This document shows, piece after piece, positions 58,559 through 64,000 of a stretch of 64,000 nt of DNA; position 1 is the first letter of the stretch, and every line of letters starts with the position of its first letter. Position numbers and translations under genes: made by a program. The notes beneath the pieces are model-generated. The model was not told where the DNA came from. It did no database searches and saw nothing but the letters and a program-made list of their open reading frames with translations. The DNA is from Protoeuglena noctilucae (taxonomy: Eukaryota): positions 806,001 to 870,000 of the forward strand of contig OY253686.1 in assembly GCA_958009085.1 (NCBI GenBank), read 5' to 3'.

Positions 58559-61500
58559 TCATGCACAGCACTGCCTCTCGCCACAGCCATGCCCCTCATC
58601 CCTCCCCCGCCCGCCCCCTCCGCCGCCCCCCCCTCCGCCTCTGCCCCCCCCCCCCCCCTCCCCCTCCCCTTCCCCCTCCTTCTCCTTGCTGGGTGCCTCG
58701 GGCAGTGTCCCAGATTCCCGGTACCTGGCCAGAGCCTCTCCAAACGCGGCATCTCCCCTCCTCAGCAGAAGCACCAGGCAGTCCGGGTGCTGGCCCAGCC
58801 GCGACAGGAAGGGCACCTCGTCGGCATAGTTCTGGGGGGATACAGAGACATTAAGAATTGTGGATTCCGCCATGTCATGCCCAAGACATCTCTCATAGAA
58901 CACGCCCGCATGCCCGCTGCTGTGTACACACCCGCCCACTGCACAGGCACACACCAGGCATACCGCACACCCAAACACACACCGCATGCCACCCCCCCCC
59001 CCCACCCCCCCCCCCCAAAGCCCCTCACCTCCTCATCCATGTTGGTCCTCACGCCCCTCCCCTTCACCGCCAGCGCCGCCCTGTCGTATGCCCTGGCCGC
59101 CCCCTCCTCGCTGGCATGCGTGCCCAATGACACGGCCACCTTCGCCTTGCCATTCCAGTGCATGCGGATCTGGGCAGTCCACCCCGTGCCGCGCTTGCTG
59201 GGGCGCGTGCCCTGGGGACAGGTGGCGGGTGGCAGTGGTGATGGAGAGTAGTGGAAGATTTAAGAGGGGGTGACGATGTAGCTGTGGTAGTAGTCATAGA
59301 GGGCAGAGTGAGACACGTCAGTGACTAAGCGAGGGTCATGGGCGCATGGGAGCAGGGCGGACAACGCGTGAAGAGGGTAGCAGGGATAGGGCTCATGGCA
59401 TCTAGTGCCACTCTCCATCCCCAGCTACCCCCCCCCATCACATCCCACTCCCCCACGCCCATCCACCCCTCACCACGCTCTCCCTCCTCTGCGCCACCCC
59501 CCCCGGCCCCCGCGCCTCCTTCACCACATCCTCCAACGGCATCCCCATGAGCCTCGCCATGTCCCCCACAACGTCACTCAAAGGGTAATTCAAATGCCCA
59601 CGCGACCCCACCAGGCCACGCACCCGCACCACCACCAGGTCATGAGCCCTGCGACGGACGCAAAAAGACAGGAGCGTCATTCATGGAGCGTCAACAATTT
59701 AGATACGTAGGGTAGCGCATCATTCAGCACACTACCACCACGGTCACCCATCGCCAGTGGCCCTGGCCATGCCACACTCTGCCTTGCACGCATCCGTCAT
59801 GACTCAGCAACCTTCCCTCATCTCACCTCCCTGCCTGCTCCTCCGTCCCAAACACCCCCACGTGCAGCAAGTCCCTCCTCCCCGGCACCTCCACCTGAGC
59901 CTGCCACCCCGCGCCCTTCCTCACCACCCCACGCAGGGGCGCGTCCAGACCACGCACGGCCGCCCACCCCCGCTCCGCCAGGGCCGAGTGGTCGTGGAGA
60001 GACAGCGCATACGACACCAGGGCACGGGACAAAGCACCCCCGCTTGAGCTTGTTGAGCCAGCCATGACGCCAGGGGTTGCGATAGGCACTGTGCCAGCCA
60101 CACTCCCCGCAGCCACTCCAGTCACAACTCCAGGCGCGGCGCCGACTGCCGCACTCGCCACTGCCATCTCTCCCTCCCTTGCACTTACAGCCCCCGCCTG
60201 CCCCGGCCCCTCCTGCCCCACCGGCACCCCACCCTGCGCCCCCCCCCGCCCCGCCCCGCCCACAGCTGCCCATGGGGTCTCAGATATGCCGTCGTTATCG
60301 GGCCGTGACCCGAGCACCCTCCTCGCCAGTCCGTCGAGGGCGGCCATGTCGACCGGGAGATGGGCGGGGGTGGAGAGCAGGTGGTCCTGGGATGGACGAG
60401 GTGAGTGATGGGTGAGATGATGTTAGATTGAGGGAGAGCGGGTGGTGTGTTGTTAGAGAGAGGGAGCAAATGTGGTGAGCACACCATCTCCATCTCTCAC
60501 CCGGCACACTTCCTCCAGCACCGCCGCCGCCTCCTGGTCCAACGCCACCCCAGGGCACACCCGCTCCGCCACTCCACGCACAAACGCCTGGAACTGCATG
60601 GCTGGGGCAGGCGCGTCCCCTTCCCCACTGCCACCCGCAGCCCCGCCTGCGCCATCCCCCGTCGCTGCGTCCGGTGCCGTTTCTGGCAGAACTGCGGTCC
60701 CCTCCGCCCCATCGCCGTGACTGGCATCCCCGCCACTCCCCAATTCGCCCCCCACCCTCCGCCGCTTGGGTGCCGGTCCCTTGCGCCGCGCCGACCCTCC
60801 CCGCTGACCCACGCCCTCCGCTGCCACTGCTAGCCGGCCTGATGTGGAAGGGCCGTCCTCAGAGGCATGGGGCGCAGGGAGAGCCAGGGTGCGGTGGCGT
60901 GGCATGCCGCCCTTCCTTCGCACGCGGTGGCTTGGGGCGGGTGGGGCAGGTGCAGGGGGCAATGAAGGGGGCAGCGGTGATGGCGGGGATGAGGGGAGTG
61001 GTGGGCTGGGAGGAGGCTGGGCAGGCAGGGGAGGTGGGCTGGTAGGGCGCTGGATGGGTGCAAGGGGCGGAGGAGGCAGCGAGGGCGCCGGCACCCCCTC
61101 CGGGACGGCGCTGGCGACCGGAGCAACCTGCGCGAGCGGGGGTGCGACTCCCGCAGCGCCGCTCCCCTGGATGTAGGCCACCACCGCCTCTGCAGGGAAC
61201 GTGCCGTGAGCGCTTAAGTGGACAGCTCGCCGATGAGGGCCGTTGTCAACGAAACAGGCGAATGGGCGTGTAGATGACAAGCGACTAAGCACGCAAGCAT
61301 ACCTGTCGCGTAGAGGAAGGCGTCGAGGGGCTCGTGGTCGTAATTATCGGTGGGGAAGTTGAGGAGGAGGCTCTCGAGGCTCGACCCGGCCTCGGGGGTG
61401 TTCACGGTGGCTAGCAGACGCCCATTTACGTGGATGAGCATGCGGTCGTAGGCCCTGGAGGGGCGGGCGACGCGCGCGGTGGGCAATACACGGGGAAGCA

Positions 61501-61657
61501 AACGCAGTTAGGGGCAGCGCAGGCCGAGGACGCACCGAGCGGCCTCTTGCTGGGATCCAAAGATACCCAAAGAGAGTTGACATACTCCGGGCGCCACCTT
61601 GGCCGGATACACCGCCTCCCAGCGGCTGCGTCCCCTTTGTCGCACGCCGAAGAACAT
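58559..61657 (-). CDS. AP2/ERF-domain transcription factor with three AP2 domains and a histone-fold-like segment
   Basis: FFGVRQR..SRWEA..LGIF..QQEAARAYD..NFP; LRGV..GWQAQ..VGVF.TEEQAGRAHD..LNYP; WTAQI..LGTH.SEEGAARAYDRAAL..TN; start tentative. Confidence 0.85.
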
Positions 61658-62020
61658 GCTCGCGGGCCCCCGACAACGTCCTCGTACAGCTCTCAGCGGC
61701 TGTGCATCCTCAGCGCGACGGCCACGCTCGAGGTGCACAGGGTGAGCCAAGCATGCTCAGCGTATGCGCGCAAAGAGCGGGGGAGGCGTGTCGCGGACCA
61801 CAGCGCACAAGCTGGGTCGCGAGCGACTTTAACCCAGTGTCGCATGAACAGGATGCGGCTCTGCGGGTGCTGGCGATGAAAGAACACCGGATTCGGCGCC
61901 CACTGGCAGCTGTCCGACGCCCATTTTGACGTCATGCGCGTCAAGTCAATCATCCGGCATCCTGCATGGATAGCAGTTCGTCGGCCCTGCTGATGAAGGC
62001 ATCGGGCATCCCGGCGGGCC

Positions 62021-64000
62021 ATGGGTCGCCGCGATTGGCTGCGGCTTGCAGCGTGGGCGCAGTGGGCGTTTCCGTGGCGCCGCGTCCCGGCCCCGCTGCG
62101 GTCGCCGTGCGTCCATCTCCCACTGGATGCATCGCTCGGCGCGTCCCGGACTCGCGAGCTCGCCTCCAGAGCTTGGCGCGCGGCCCCATCGCCCTGCCTA
62201 CGCACTCCAGCCGTGCCGGGCCCCCGCGTCGGGCCCCGCCGCCACGCCGGGCAGGAAGCGACGGACGCCGGCGACCTCGAGGATGAGCGCATCGAGATCA
62301 CGGAGTCTCTCCTGTCCGCTCTCCGCGAGCGCCACGCGCGCCACGCTGCGCTGCAGCGGCGTCTCTCCGGGGAAGGCGTCGCGGAGATGGACCCAGCGGA
62401 GGTGGCGAGGCTGAACAAGGCAAGGGATACTTTGCGTGATGTATGGGCATGCGCTCAAGGGCACCGGCAACGACCTCACCCGTTTTTGCATGACCGTGTC
62501 TGTCGCTGCCCCCTTGGCTGCAGGAGCTGGGGTCCCTGGCGGGGGTGGCGGCGCAGTGGGAGGAGCGCGAGAGGCTCCTGGAGGAGATACGGTGAGCGGG
62601 AGGGGCAGGTGGGCCCGCAGGACCCACCATGTGACACGGCAGCCGTGTCGTGCCCCATCGCACGCCTCGCTTCAGATGGCTGTGATAGAGTGAGCTGTTA
62701 GGTAGGGAAACCTCCGTTACTTGTTCTTCGCTTCTCAGTGGTCTTCGCGAGGCGGCGGATGACCCCGGGGAGGAGGAGGAGGTGCGTGCCCTGTGCCGCG
62801 ATGACCTCAGTCGTGCTGAGGGTGCCCGGGAGGCATTGGAGCAGCGCATGGCGTGGAATATGGTGCCGAGGGACGAGGAAGACGAGGGTGAGTCATGGTT
62901 GGTCATGGGTTAGATGTAATCTAGGGACACAATGCGGGTGGGAGAGGTGCGCATGTGAGGGTGCATGTTATGCAGGGGCAGTGCGGGTGGCATGCGCATG
63001 TGAGTAAGGCCGCGTGTCGCACAAAGTGTTGGCACCATGCTAGTGTGAAGGTGCGTGTCCATGCCCCACCCGCAGCCGAGGGCCTGGTGTTGGAGGTGAA
63101 GGGCGCCGTGGGTGGCGAGGAGGCGTGCGTGTTTGCGGGGGAGTTGCTGGCCATGTACCGGTCCTTCTGCCACAGCCGCGGGTGGCGCTTCGACGTGATC
63201 AGCCAGCAGTCCTCCGAGTACGGCCACTGCAAGCACGCCGTGGTGGACGTCACGGGGGCGGGGGCGTACCGGTGAGGCATCACAGCTGCATCACAGTCGT
63301 GTGTCTTGCTATGTAACACTGACTTAGATGGTACTGGATCCACTCCGCTACTAGGGTAAGCACGGCAGCATAGCACGCTCTTGCCTCGGCCGTGCGTGCG
63401 GTGGGGCAAAGGCACCCTCGGGTGCATGGATGCTCACCTGACAGCCCATCACGTCAGATCTGACGCTCAGGGCATTGAAGCACGAAGCGGGCATCCACCG
63501 CGTACAGCGCGTGCCCGACACCATCAAGGCCGACAAGGTGCAGACGAGCGCGGCGGCCGTGCTGGTGCTGCCACGAATGGGGGAGGCGCAGGTGCAGCTG
63601 GACATGAGGGACGTGGCGGTGGAGGTCATGCGGTGAGATCACATGAGCAGCTGGGCATGACAGGTCCTGAGTAGCCAGATTTGGATGGTGATTCGGATGA
63701 CAGGCCACCTGTTGGCAAGTTGGCCAAACATGCGCCATCGCACTGCTACATATTGTTAGTGCTACACACCCTGCCGCCCCTCGTCAATCCACTTTGCTCC
63801 CTCCTCTCCCCCTGTCCCCCCAGTTCCTCTGGCGCTGGCGGCCAGCACGTCAACACCACCGAGTCAGCCGTCCGCGTGACCCACCTGCCCACGGGCGTGT
63901 CGGTGCGGGTGCAGGACGGCCGCAGCCAGCACCAGAACAGGGAGAGGGCGCTGCAGATTCTTAGGGCGAAGCTACTCGACGCGGAGAAGGCCAGGGCAAC
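62021..64000 (+). CDS. Organellar (probably mitochondrial) class I peptide chain release factor, RF1-type, divergent; 3' end beyond the window
   Basis: Arg-rich presequence; [28 protein letters not shown] (PxT), [24 protein letters not shown] (GGQ), [10 protein letters not shown]. Confidence 0.93.

Overview
Gene-dense, very GC-rich, intron-rich eukaryotic nuclear DNA. It is most likely a green alga, since it carries AP2, SAND, HP30/TRIC and RIN13-like domains; the exact lineage cannot be fixed from this window. Most ORF-track entries are antisense or off-frame artefacts. By reading splice sites I reconstructed about 19-20 spliced genes: a giant beta-helix protein, GlcG/HbpS haem-binding protein, SDR, F-box-like/ankyrin protein, GH5 mannanase, SNAPC3, small Cys/His protein, RIN13-like/SAND protein, NACHT-WD40 NLR-like protein, HP30/TRIC, UPF0193, RRP17, LETM1, LSM1, TIM44, catalase, RING E3, triple-AP2 factor and organellar RF1. 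There is also a 200-N assembly gap. The most notable signals are five. (1) Introns repeatedly contain degenerate tandem copies of their own exon-intron junctions, and the copies differ from the real exon mostly at synonymous sites. (2) Roughly 1 in 7 introns uses a GC donor. (3) A cluster of three box C/D snoRNAs lies between LETM1 and LSM1. (4) A putatively N-acylated MLKL/HeLo-like-NACHT-WD40 immune receptor is present. (5) An organellar release factor has altered stop-codon-reading residues. All exon boundaries and family calls were made by eye and need RNA-seq/HMM confirmation.
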